Assembly (NCBI GenBank): GCA_964402295.1
Contig: CAYOBO010000001.1
Span: 99,016 to 163,015 of the forward strand
From: an uncultured Candidatus Solibacter sp.
GTDB taxonomy: Bacteria; Acidobacteriota; Terriglobia; Bryobacterales; Bryobacteraceae
DNA length: 64,000 bases
Direction of reading: 5' to 3'
Under the pieces are notes generated by a model, which worked only from the letters and a program-made list of their open reading frames with translations, made no database searches and had not been told where the DNA came from. Shown one piece after another: positions 54,953 through 63,171 of the stretch; position 1 is the stretch's first letter; each line of letters opens with the position of its first letter. Made by a program: the position numbers and the translations under genes.

Positions 54953-55243
54953 ATGAAAGTCGACGTTGTCGCCCATATCCACGCCAAACCCGGTCTCGAA
55001 GCCGCCCTGCGCGAAGTCCTCGAATCCTTCGTGGAGCCCACGCGCAAAGAAGAAGGCTGTCTCCGCTACGATCTTTTTGTCGATCTCGACGACCCCACCA
55101 AGTTCACGTTCATCGAAGAGTGGTCCAGCCGCGAAGCCCTCGACGCCCACAGCCGATCCGCCCACATCACCGCCGGCCGCGCCAAATTCCCCGATCTGCT
55201 TTCCGAACCCGGCTGGGTGCAAGTTGTGACGCGGATCAGATGA
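54953..55243 (+). CDS. antibiotic biosynthesis monooxygenase (ABM) family protein
   Basis: 96 aa with an AAAGGAA RBS. Ferredoxin-like ABM pattern (VVAHIHAKPG, EEGCLRYDLF, FTFIEEWSSREALDAHSRSAH). Confidence 0.85.
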   Translation: MKVDVVAHIHAKPGLEAALREVLESFVEPTRKEEGCLRYDLFVDLDDPTKFTFIEEWSSREALDAHSRSAHITAGRAKFPDLLSEPGWVQVVTRIR

Positions 55244-55313
55244 TGAAATATTATTAAAGAATTTTAATTCATTGGTTCTTGGTGTATCATTACTTCTCAT
55301 GTTACGATGAGAC

Positions 55314-55811
55314 ATGGTTACTTCAAAGACGGATCAACTCAAAGTCGCCGACCAGTGTTGGGTCGCCCTAGCCAAGCTGCACAAAGAGAATCCGCAGCGC
55401 CTTGGATTTCGTCCCGAAGAGATCCTGCGCCGCGTCCAACGCGATTCAGCGGAACCACTCCGCCCCGGTGTGAAAACACACATCTCCGCTCACAACGTTG
55501 CAAACGTGCCGCCAAATCCTGGCAATTACAGAATGTTCTTCCGCGAAGTGGACGGAAGCTACCGGCTCTTCCGCGCGGGTGACCCTGCCCATCCCGCTAG
55601 AACTGGGAAGATCGCGCCTCGTCCATCGGATCTCCCCGCCGATCTGCTTCCGCTTCTCGAATGGTATGAGAAAGACTACTGCGCACGAGCGCACAAAACC
55701 GAAACTGGCCAGCAACTGGATCCCGTGCTCGCATTGCTTGGTGTCGGCAAGCATCTTTGGCAGGACGAAAGCGGAGACGAATTCGTCCGCCGCGAACGGA
55801 CAGGTTGGTAG
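55314..55811 (+). CDS. candidate antitoxin partner of VapC, unusually long (165 aa)
   Basis: Ends 6 nt before the PIN gene. Its C-terminal tail LGVGKHLWQDESGDEFVRRERTGW resembles the toxin-binding tails of several type II antitoxins. The N-terminal 120 residues or so have no family I recognise. Confidence 0.55.
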   Translation: MVTSKTDQLKVADQCWVALAKLHKENPQRLGFRPEEILRRVQRDSAEPLRPGVKTHISAHNVANVPPNPGNYRMFFREVDGSYRLFRAGDPAHPARTGKIAPRPSDLPADLLPLLEWYEKDYCARAHKTETGQQLDPVLALLGVGKHLWQDESGDEFVRRERTGW

Positions 55812-55817
55812 TCTCTC

Positions 55818-56243
55818 ATGACAAGAATCTTTTGGGATACCAACCTCTTCATTTATCTGTTTGAAGAGAACCCGCTTCTTACGTCACGAGTGGTTGCTCT
55901 GCGCCGCCACATGATGGCGCGGGGCGACGCCTTACTCACCAGTACGCTGACGAAGGGAGAGATCCTCGTCAAGCCCGCGCAACTCGACCTCGTGACCTTT
56001 CAAGCCTATCGCGATTTCTTCGAAAGCAGAGCTTTGGAGGTGATTCCATTTGACGGTGTCGCGGCCGAGCATTATGCTCGCATCCGCACCGACCGCGCCA
56101 TTGCGAGGCCTGACGCCATTCAGCTTGCCTGCGCGGCTTCCCGCGACGTCGACCTCTTCGTCACTAACGACTCCCGGCTAAGCCAGAAGATTGTCCCCGG
56201 CATCAAATTCATTGCCGGCCTTGACCGCTTGCCTTGGGGATAG
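55818..56243 (+). CDS. vapC: PIN-domain ribonuclease toxin (VapC family)
   Basis: 141 aa. The first acidic residue lies in IFWDTNLFIY. Further conserved acidic positions (TKGEILV, DAIQLA, FVTNDSRL). Confidence 0.88.
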   Translation: MTRIFWDTNLFIYLFEENPLLTSRVVALRRHMMARGDALLTSTLTKGEILVKPAQLDLVTFQAYRDFFESRALEVIPFDGVAAEHYARIRTDRAIARPDAIQLACAASRDVDLFVTNDSRLSQKIVPGIKFIAGLDRLPWG

Positions 56244-56609
56244 CGGCTGTCCAGTCCCCTACTTCACCGAATCCGCCGACCGTCCCGCGAAATCCAGCAC
56301 CAGCGATAGATCCCCAGCGCCAGAATCGCCGCGCCGAACTCCACAGCACAGCCTGCACGCCTGCCGAGAACGGCTGCAAATCCGCCGTCGACACCCCCGG
56401 CCCCGTGAAATATCCCGACGATTAGGCGAATCCTCGCTCCCGGCAAGGATAGCCTCCAGACTCTTCTCTATCGGTCTGCTTGCTCCGGCTCGCGTGGTTG
56501 AACCCTCAGGCAGTGGCCCACTGCCGCGAACTCCGCGTCCGCCTCCAAAACCTCCGCGAGGCGATCCGCGCCAGCAGTTGCGGCCCAAGGGCTTGGGACG
56601 GTTCCAGGG

Positions 56610-58187
56610 TTAGCGTGAGGGCTGCGCAATTGCTGCCGCGGGCGTCTTCATGATTTCATGGAGCACCCGGCCGACCGAGCCGCTGGGGATCTCCACATCG
56701 AGCAGCGTGGCCAACGTCGGTGCAATGTCGTTGACAGCGGCCTTTTCATGGTAGCGGCCGGCCTTGATCCAGTCCCCCATGAAAATGATCGGGACGTGTG
56801 TGTCGTAGCCGAACGGAGCGCCGTGCGACGTCGTCCCGGCTTTCCCTCCGTCCAAATAGTAAGGATCCAGGATAATCACCAAATCGGCGCCACGGCTGTG
56901 ATGGAATCCGTTCACAATACGCCGGTCAATCCAATCGCCAGGAACCGCTCCGTGGAGCAATTGATGGTACGTATAGACTCGGAACACATGAGGAACCTCT
57001 CGAGCCGCCGCCGCCGCAGTCTCCGCCACTTCCTTCAAGTCCAGGTTTTTCTCCTGAATCAGCGCCCGGTTCAGGAACGTGGCCGTGCCTCCCTTCAGCA
57101 CCCACTTCCCCTGCCCGTACTTGTGTGCCAGCCGCGATTCCAGGTGCTCAGCCAGCTTGCCAATACGTCCACCCGGCATCTTCCGGCCGGCGTTTACTTC
57201 CGGCACCGGCGACACTCCGTGGTCGGCGGTAAAGACCACCACCACATTGCGCATCCCCACCTGCGTTTCCAGGAACCGGAAGAACTCGCCCAGCATCCGG
57301 TCCGTGCGGATTGAGATGTCCCGCACCTGCGGATGATCAGGGCCGACGGCATGGCCGACATAATCGTTCGCCGAGAAACTCACCGCCAGCAGGTCTGTCG
57401 TGTTGCGCTTCCCGAGTTGTTCACCTACAATTGCGGCCTCGGCGAATTTCTCCACCAGTTCATTGGAATATGGCGTCGCATCGAGCGAGTTGTAGAAGTC
57501 CTTGCCGGGCTTGGCTGCCATCGTCTTCAATGCTTCGCCGCCGCCGATGGGCTTCCACACCGCCCCTGCGAACTTGTCCGCCATGCGCGCCTTGTTAAAG
57601 GCCGTGGCCCATTCCGGAAGCTGCTGGAAATAATAGGTGCTGGAGACGAAGTTGCCGCTGTTGCTGTCGAACCAATAGGCGCCATCCGCCATGTGACCCG
57701 CAGGTAGAATGGCGCCGCGGTCTTTCACTGAAATTCCCACCACCTTCGATCCGCGCCCGGCCATCTTCAATTCATCGCCCAGCGTGCTCACCAGCATGCG
57801 CCGCGGCGAAGCGGCTTTACCCGCCTTACCCTCCCCACCGAGCATGGTTACCTTGTCATCCTCCACGCTGGTGACGCTCTTGTTCGCCGCACGATCCCAC
57901 CAGTCATTGCCGATGATGCCGCTAATTGCGGGCGTCGCGCCCGATAGGAACGTGGAATGCCCAATGGCGGTGACAGTAGGGAAATGTTCGTAATTGGCGT
58001 TGGTAAACACAGCCCCTTGGCTCAGCAGCCGCGCCAAGCCGCCGTTGTATTGGTCGCGAAATCGTTGGAGGTAGTCATAGCGGAACTGATCTACTGTAAT
58101 GGCAACAATCAGTTTCGGGCGGCGGGGTGTCTGGGCGCTCGCGGACAGGGAAACAGCGAGGAGAGCGAGAACGGTTCGTCTTGTCAC
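56610..58187 (-). CDS. alkaline phosphatase family protein (PafA / nucleotide pyrophosphatase-like)
   Basis: Signal peptide. LIVAITVDQFRYDY (metal-binding Asp). TVTAIGHSTFLSGA with the nucleophile-region Thr. FTADHG and GTTSHGAPFGYDTHVP. Confidence 0.88.
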   Translation of the reverse strand: MTRRTVLALLAVSLSASAQTPRRPKLIVAITVDQFRYDYLQRFRDQYNGGLARLLSQGAVFTNANYEHFPTVTAIGHSTFLSGATPAISGIIGNDWWDRAANKSVTSVEDDKVTMLGGEGKAGKAASPRRMLVSTLGDELKMAGRGSKVVGISVKDRGAILPAGHMADGAYWFDSNSGNFVSSTYYFQQLPEWATAFNKARMADKFAGAVWKPIGGGEALKTMAAKPGKDFYNSLDATPYSNELVEKFAEAAIVGEQLGKRNTTDLLAVSFSANDYVGHAVGPDHPQVRDISIRTDRMLGEFFRFLETQVGMRNVVVVFTADHGVSPVPEVNAGRKMPGGRIGKLAEHLESRLAHKYGQGKWVLKGGTATFLNRALIQEKNLDLKEVAETAAAAAREVPHVFRVYTYHQLLHGAVPGDWIDRRIVNGFHHSRGADLVIILDPYYLDGGKAGTTSHGAPFGYDTHVPIIFMGDWIKAGRYHEKAAVNDIAPTLATLLDVEIPSGSVGRVLHEIMKTPAAAIAQPSR

Positions 58188-58203
58188 GGTATTGTAACTT
58201 ATC

Positions 58204-58662
58204 CTAATCGAGAAGTACGGCGCCAGTGCCTTGAATCTGATAGATCGTTGTTCCGCTCTTCACCGAGTCTGGGTTGAATTTGCGGCCCTGCTCTTCCGCC
58301 TCATGCTTGGCGCGGGCAATTGCCTGCTCCCTCGTGAGTTCATACTTCTTAAGCTCACCCTCGGCAATCGCCGTGCGTCCGACTGCGGTCTTCGGAAAGA
58401 CGATCTCGCCGTCATTCACTTTGACTTTGATCATCTTGCCGTCGGCATCGACGAGGTTCGTCCAACACCCCATCCTTTCGCATACTTCGGTGACCTTGCC
58501 TTTCACCTGGACGGTCTTGCCGACATATGCATCCGGGTTCGCCAGCAGTTCCTTGATCGGTGTCTGGGACTTCAATGTCAACGGTTGGCCGAGCTTGCGC
58601 TCTGCCGGGAAGCACAACGAGGAAAGAAGGAGAGAAAGAACGAGAGCCTTCATGGCTCTCAT
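58204..58662 (-). CDS. DUF4920 domain protein, secreted
   Basis: Signal peptide. YVGKTVQVKGKVTEVCERMGCW followed by VFPKTAVGRTAIAEGEL, the DUF4920 pattern. Lies 16 nt upstream of the phosphatase gene. ATG 58653 is an alternative start. Confidence 0.8.
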   Translation of the reverse strand: MRAMKALVLSLLLSSLCFPAERKLGQPLTLKSQTPIKELLANPDAYVGKTVQVKGKVTEVCERMGCWTNLVDADGKMIKVKVNDGEIVFPKTAVGRTAIAEGELKKYELTREQAIARAKHEAEEQGRKFNPDSVKSGTTIYQIQGTGAVLLD

Positions 58663-58679
58663 TATCGCAATTCCGGGGT

Positions 58680-59000
58680 ATGCTGAGTCTTGTGTCCCGG
58701 AAGCTTGAAATTCCTTGCCCCCATTGCGGGTCTCGCGACGTGTTCTACAGTTGCGAGCCGAAGTGTTGCTTCAATCACGTCTGTGCAGACTGCAAGGGTA
58801 CCTTTGAGCCGTTGACTCATGCCACCGGAGCACGCCGCAAGATTGCAGCTCCCGAGGAACTGCCGGATCCGTCCGAGCCCGCCGTGGCGTGCGCGAAATG
58901 CGAATCGGTAGCTGTCTACATCGATGACGACGAGTCTCTCGTCTGTGCGGATTGCGGCGAAGTGCTCGAGTTGGAGCTGACGGAACTTGCGCCGGGGTGA
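58680..59000 (+). CDS. cysteine-rich double zinc-ribbon protein (about 100 aa)
   Basis: CPHC...C-x3-CC-x4-C-x2-C, then CAKC...CADC. Acidic C-terminus. Start uncertain (ATG 58680 or TTG 58705). Confidence 0.5.
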   Translation: MLSLVSRKLEIPCPHCGSRDVFYSCEPKCCFNHVCADCKGTFEPLTHATGARRKIAAPEELPDPSEPAVACAKCESVAVYIDDDESLVCADCGEVLELELTELAPG

Positions 59001-59049
59001 CCACTGTCACCTTTCCCGCGCGGCAGCCTCCTTATCAACAAGGAATGCC

Positions 59050-59712
59050 ATGAGCACAGAGCATTGGGAGTCGATTTGCCGCCGCTACAGGCAGCTTTAC
59101 GTGGGAGCGATCTCCGATATCCTCGACAAGAACGGGTACCGGAACCAGGCGCTTCCGTTCTACATTCGCCCATTCACCAAGGAGAAATCGATCGCCGGCG
59201 CCGCGTTCACCGGGCAAGGCTACCCCTGTGCCGACGCGGGGAACAACGACACCGAAATCCGGCTGGCGATGCTCGAAAGCATTGAACCCGGCACTATCTC
59301 CGTTTGGGCCTGTGGCGGCAGCACCGACTGCGCCCATTGGGGTGAGATGATGTCCATGGCCGCCAGTCAACGGGGCTGCACTGGCGCAGTCATCGACGGC
59401 GGCGTGCGCGATCTCGATTTTGTCGACCGCATGTCGTACCCCGTATTCGCCAAATTTCAGTCCCCCGCCAGTTCCGTCGGCCGCTGGGCCATCCGCGAAT
59501 GGCAGATCCCTGTACGCGTTGGCAACACGATCGTCCATCCCGGCGACTTCATTTTCGGCGACACCGACGGCGTCGTCGTCATCCCCCGCCCGCTCACGCT
59601 CGAGGTGCTGCAAGCCGCCGAGGACGTCTTCCGCCGCGAAGGCGGAATGCGCGAGGAACTCCGCCGCGGCGTCTCTGTCAAAGACGCCTATTCCCGCTAC
59701 GGTTCGCTGTAG
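59050..59712 (+). CDS. RraA-family protein (HMG/CHA aldolase-like / RNase E regulator-like)
   Basis: AAGGAA RBS. GGSTDCAHWGEMMSMAASQRGCTGAVIDGGVRD and VHPGDFIFGDTDGVVVIP, typical of the RraA fold. Confidence 0.88.
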   Translation: MSTEHWESICRRYRQLYVGAISDILDKNGYRNQALPFYIRPFTKEKSIAGAAFTGQGYPCADAGNNDTEIRLAMLESIEPGTISVWACGGSTDCAHWGEMMSMAASQRGCTGAVIDGGVRDLDFVDRMSYPVFAKFQSPASSVGRWAIREWQIPVRVGNTIVHPGDFIFGDTDGVVVIPRPLTLEVLQAAEDVFRREGGMREELRRGVSVKDAYSRYGSL

Positions 59713-59730
59713 AGCCTGTATAATTTCCCC

Positions 59731-60522
59731 ATGGTGCGGCGTACGCTTCTCACAGCACTGAGCGGCGCAGCCGCAACCTTTGCCCAATCCCGCCCCCCAA
59801 TCCCCGTGCAAGCGTTGAATCACATGACGCTGCTTGTCACCGATGTGGCGCGCTCCCTGCGCTTCTACCAGCAGCTTTTCGGACTTCCCGTGCAGGCCCG
59901 CCAGGGGCAGACGGTGTTGCTGCGCATTGCCGCCGGTCCACAGTTCATTGCCCTCCATCCTGCGGGACGCAACCAGTCACCCGCTATAGGGCACTTCTGC
60001 CTCGCCACCGAACCCTTCGATGTGGACGCCGTAACCCGAACCCTGGCGCAATGGGGAGCCGACAAGCCTCGCGTGCGCATGCGCGGCGCGGACTTGGGTG
60101 GAGCGCCCAACGGTACTCCCGAGATCTACTTCGCCGATCCCGACGGCATCTCCGTTCAGATTCAGCACACCTCCTACTGCGGGGGCGCCGGAGCGCTCGG
60201 AGAACAGTGCCCGCCACAAGTGGAGCCTTCCCCATTCAAAGGCTTCCTTAGCCCGCGGGGCTTCCATCATTTTCAACTGCACGTTTCCGATGAGGAACGT
60301 TCCAGAGTTTTCTATCGTTCCCTGTTCGGTGAGGTCCAAGGGATCGCCTTCGCCCGCGAGGCTAAGCCTGCCATCGCGCATGCCTGCCTCTCGGTGGACC
60401 GCTTCGACTCCAAGCGTGCCCTCTCTGCCCTCACGGAACTGGGCGTGCGCCGCAACATCCGCATCAACGGTGCTGGTGTCACTTTCCCCGATCCGGACGG
60501 CATCCGCATACGCCTGGTCTGA
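59731..60522 (+). CDS. two-domain VOC (glyoxalase/bleomycin resistance/dioxygenase) family protein with signal peptide
   Basis: MVRRTLLTALSGAAATFAQS signal. Two VOC modules begin LNHMTLLVTDVARSLRFYQQLFG and FHHFQLHVSDEERSRVFYRSLFG. Confidence 0.85.
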   Translation: MVRRTLLTALSGAAATFAQSRPPIPVQALNHMTLLVTDVARSLRFYQQLFGLPVQARQGQTVLLRIAAGPQFIALHPAGRNQSPAIGHFCLATEPFDVDAVTRTLAQWGADKPRVRMRGADLGGAPNGTPEIYFADPDGISVQIQHTSYCGGAGALGEQCPPQVEPSPFKGFLSPRGFHHFQLHVSDEERSRVFYRSLFGEVQGIAFAREAKPAIAHACLSVDRFDSKRALSALTELGVRRNIRINGAGVTFPDPDGIRIRLV

Positions 60523-61974
60523 TCAGAAGCGCCAATCCCACCCCGCGGGATCATCGAACTTCCCCTTCTCCCGCCGCGACAACCGCAACAACCCCGCCGC
60601 GAAGTCGCCAGCCCCCGTCTTCGACTCGTAGTAACGATCCCGCGGTTCCCGCACCAGCAGCCCGAACTCCCCCTTCTGTACCCAAAACCGAGCAATCCCC
60701 GCCCTTGCATACTCCCGAGCCTGCTCCAGGTGCCGCTTCTCCCTCGTCAAATCGTACAAGTCCAAGCTCAGATTCAGAGCAAAGGCCACATTGGCAATCG
60801 ACACCTTCTTGGGCATCGCCACCTCCGCCCCGGAGGCGGCAATCCTCTCCGCAACATCCCTGAAGCGAGACTCCTTCAAATCGCGCGCGAAGAAGGCAAC
60901 CATGCGCCCCAGTTCAAACACGCTCGACGATCCGTAGGCGTAGTGCCACGGCTCCACCAAGCCGGTTCCCGCTGTCTTCCCATCTGTCCACATCCCTGCC
61001 CGATACGCGTTCCGTTCCGCATCGTAATGATGTTCGAGAAAGGCATCCAGCAAGGCAACGGCGCGATCGCGCAACTCGGCTTCTTCCGGCATTAGGCGCC
61101 ACGCCTGCAACAGCCAGTACGCCAGATAAACGGTCCCCACCGAGCTTTGCGAGGAGGTAGGCCGCGGATCCCCTATGCAACCCTGCGTCAGATTCGTCTT
61201 CGCATTGCGATGACGCCAGTACAGCGAACCCGTGCCCAATGCCCAATCGCGCCAAGTCTTTTCCCGCGTCTTGCTGTACAGGAACGCGAACGAGTAGGCA
61301 TACAGCCCCGTGTGCTTGATCCACGGCTGCCCACCCACCGGTTGAAACTCCGCACGGTCCCAATAGGCGTGCCGGTTGAACAGCGCCAAAGGATTGTTCT
61401 CGTTGTAGTGATAGCGGATGCCGGCGATGGCCTTCGCCGTGGCCTCGGGGTTCTCGCGCCATAGCAGATCCCAGGGCGGAGTCCATTCGATCAACTCATG
61501 GGACCGCCGCTCAGCCGCCACCTTGTCCCGGAAGAAATCGTAATACAGGTGCTCGCCCCAACCCAACAGCCCTGTCGACGGGCTCTGCGCCAATTTGATA
61601 AAGGAAGCGGCATACTCGCGAGCCGCACGGCTGTACTGCTCCTCATTCGTCCACCCGCTTAACGCATGAAACAGCCGCAAGCTGACGGCATCGTGGTAAA
61701 GATTGCAACCGCCAAGAGCCCGATCGCCGGGACGCACTCCCTCCGGGGGCGGTACCCCATCCTTCGGTACGCTGAAATCATTCGTGTCGATGACCCCTGC
61801 CCACAATGGAGTGGACACCTTCCCGTACCGGTCTTGTCCACGAGCTATTATTGTGTCCGCAAAGATCTTCGCAATGGTCTCCGGCGTCTGCGCGCACAGC
61901 ACTCCACCGATCAACGGCAACAGTGCAAGCGCCTTCACGAACGCTATTATGATTTCGCCGGCTGCGCCACGCAA
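60523..61974 (-). CDS. secreted hypothetical protein, probably an alpha/alpha-toroid fold (polysaccharide lyase/hydrolase-like)
   Basis: Signal-like LALLPLIGGVLCAQ. W/Y-rich helical repeats throughout. No catalytic motif I can assign. Start uncertain: ATG 61974 overlaps the upstream gene by 28 nt, and GTG 61938 would leave an 8-nt gap. Confidence 0.6.
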   Translation of the reverse strand: MRGAAGEIIIAFVKALALLPLIGGVLCAQTPETIAKIFADTIIARGQDRYGKVSTPLWAGVIDTNDFSVPKDGVPPPEGVRPGDRALGGCNLYHDAVSLRLFHALSGWTNEEQYSRAAREYAASFIKLAQSPSTGLLGWGEHLYYDFFRDKVAAERRSHELIEWTPPWDLLWRENPEATAKAIAGIRYHYNENNPLALFNRHAYWDRAEFQPVGGQPWIKHTGLYAYSFAFLYSKTREKTWRDWALGTGSLYWRHRNAKTNLTQGCIGDPRPTSSQSSVGTVYLAYWLLQAWRLMPEEAELRDRAVALLDAFLEHHYDAERNAYRAGMWTDGKTAGTGLVEPWHYAYGSSSVFELGRMVAFFARDLKESRFRDVAERIAASGAEVAMPKKVSIANVAFALNLSLDLYDLTREKRHLEQAREYARAGIARFWVQKGEFGLLVREPRDRYYESKTGAGDFAAGLLRLSRREKGKFDDPAGWDWRF

Positions 61975-62390
61975 TACTGCTGGAATGCCTCCACCAGACG
62001 TTGCGCAATCTGCGGCGCTTCGCTCGATTCAATGTCGCGGCGATGCAGCACAAACACGGGCTCCCCGTTCCGGAATAGCGCCATGGAAGGCGAAGAGGGA
62101 GGAATCCCCGCCAGTTTGCCGGAGCGCAGGTGTGCCACAGCCTCCACATCGGCTCCGGCGAACACCGTTACCGCTTTATCCGGTCTGACGGCATGCTGCA
62201 AGGCCATCCCCACTGCCGGACGAGCCTTTCCCGCCGCGCAGCCGCAGACGGAATTGATCACGAGCAGCACATTTCCGCTCTCCGGGCCCAGCGCCGCGTC
62301 CACGGCCTCCGGAGTGCGCGCCTCTTCCACGCCGTATTGCGTCAGATCACGGCGCATTGGAATCACAAGTTGTTCAGGATATCGGTGCAT
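61947..62390 (-). CDS. BrxA/BrxB-type bacilliredoxin (DUF1094/YphP family)
   Basis: 147 aa from ATG 62390 (MHRYPEQLV). Thioredoxin-like fold with the family CGC redox motif in VINSVCGCAAGKARP. Confidence 0.8.
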   Translation of the reverse strand: MHRYPEQLVIPMRRDLTQYGVEEARTPEAVDAALGPESGNVLLVINSVCGCAAGKARPAVGMALQHAVRPDKAVTVFAGADVEAVAHLRSGKLAGIPPSSPSMALFRNGEPVFVLHRRDIESSEAPQIAQRLVEAFQQYCVAQPAKS

Positions 62391-62409
62391 ATTGAATCTG
62401 TACTTATTA

Positions 62410-63171
62410 TTACGGATTCGATTTGCCGCCGTCAAACACTCGCCGCCCCGTATTCCAGAGAATGTCCTCCTTGGCATCCCGGCCGATATCCAATGAGAGG
62501 ATCTTGTACAATTCCGTCTCCAGCGATTCCGGCAGGTCGGCGCCGGCCATCAGCCGCGAAGCCGGTATATGTTGGAGAATCTCCAGCACATGATGCGGCA
62601 TGAGACTCGATAGCTCGATAACGATGTTGGGACATACGGAAGCGGCAACAATCGACTCCAGCATGTACACGCTGCCGCCCGAGTGTCCCAGCACGATCGT
62701 CAAATCGGGGAATTTGCGGGCCGGCGCGATGAAGAGCGAAGGAAGCGAGAACGGGACACCCGTGCCTGTATGCGCCACCACCGGCAGCCGGAATTCCGCT
62801 GCCATTCCGAAGAAAGATTCGGCGCGCCCGGAAAGCGGGTTAAGCGGCTGATACTGCGGCTGCAACTTCAACGCCCTTAGGCCAAGAACTTCGACGCACC
62901 GCAGTAACTCCCCGCGAAACTCGTCCGCGGAGAGAAACGGATCGATGCACGCCGCGCCCGTGAAGCGGTCGCCGTGTGTCCGGATGGCAGCGCCGATCAG
63001 GTCGTGCTCACGCCGCATGTCTTCCACAACAGGGAAGGGGATGAGCAGTGCCCGGTCGACACCAGCTTTGTCCATCGCGCGCAGCAGCAAATCCGTGTCA
63101 TGCACGCGCCCGGAATGCTTGGCGGCGCCCAGGTGCGCGTGCGTGTCATAGAGCCGGAAGCCGTCCTTCAT
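62410..63171 (-). CDS. amidohydrolase-2 family metal-dependent hydrolase (TIM barrel)
   Basis: YDTHAHLG metal-binding start, LGHSGG, and a C-terminal Asp-containing strand (MAGADLPE). Its start overlaps the upstream dehydrogenase stop by 4 nt. Confidence 0.85.
   Translation of the reverse strand: MKDGFRLYDTHAHLGAAKHSGRVHDTDLLLRAMDKAGVDRALLIPFPVVEDMRREHDLIGAAIRTHGDRFTGAACIDPFLSADEFRGELLRCVEVLGLRALKLQPQYQPLNPLSGRAESFFGMAAEFRLPVVAHTGTGVPFSLPSLFIAPARKFPDLTIVLGHSGGSVYMLESIVAASVCPNIVIELSSLMPHHVLEILQHIPASRLMAGADLPESLETELYKILSLDIGRDAKEDILWNTGRRVFDGGKSNP

Noticed and set aside
56259-56588. 109-aa minus-strand ORF and the overlapping 140-aa plus-strand ORF (56191-56613) in the vapC-phosphatase gap
   Set aside because: Both translate to R/G/S/P-rich low-complexity sequence without an RBS. 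The region is treated as non-coding or gene remnant (see finding).
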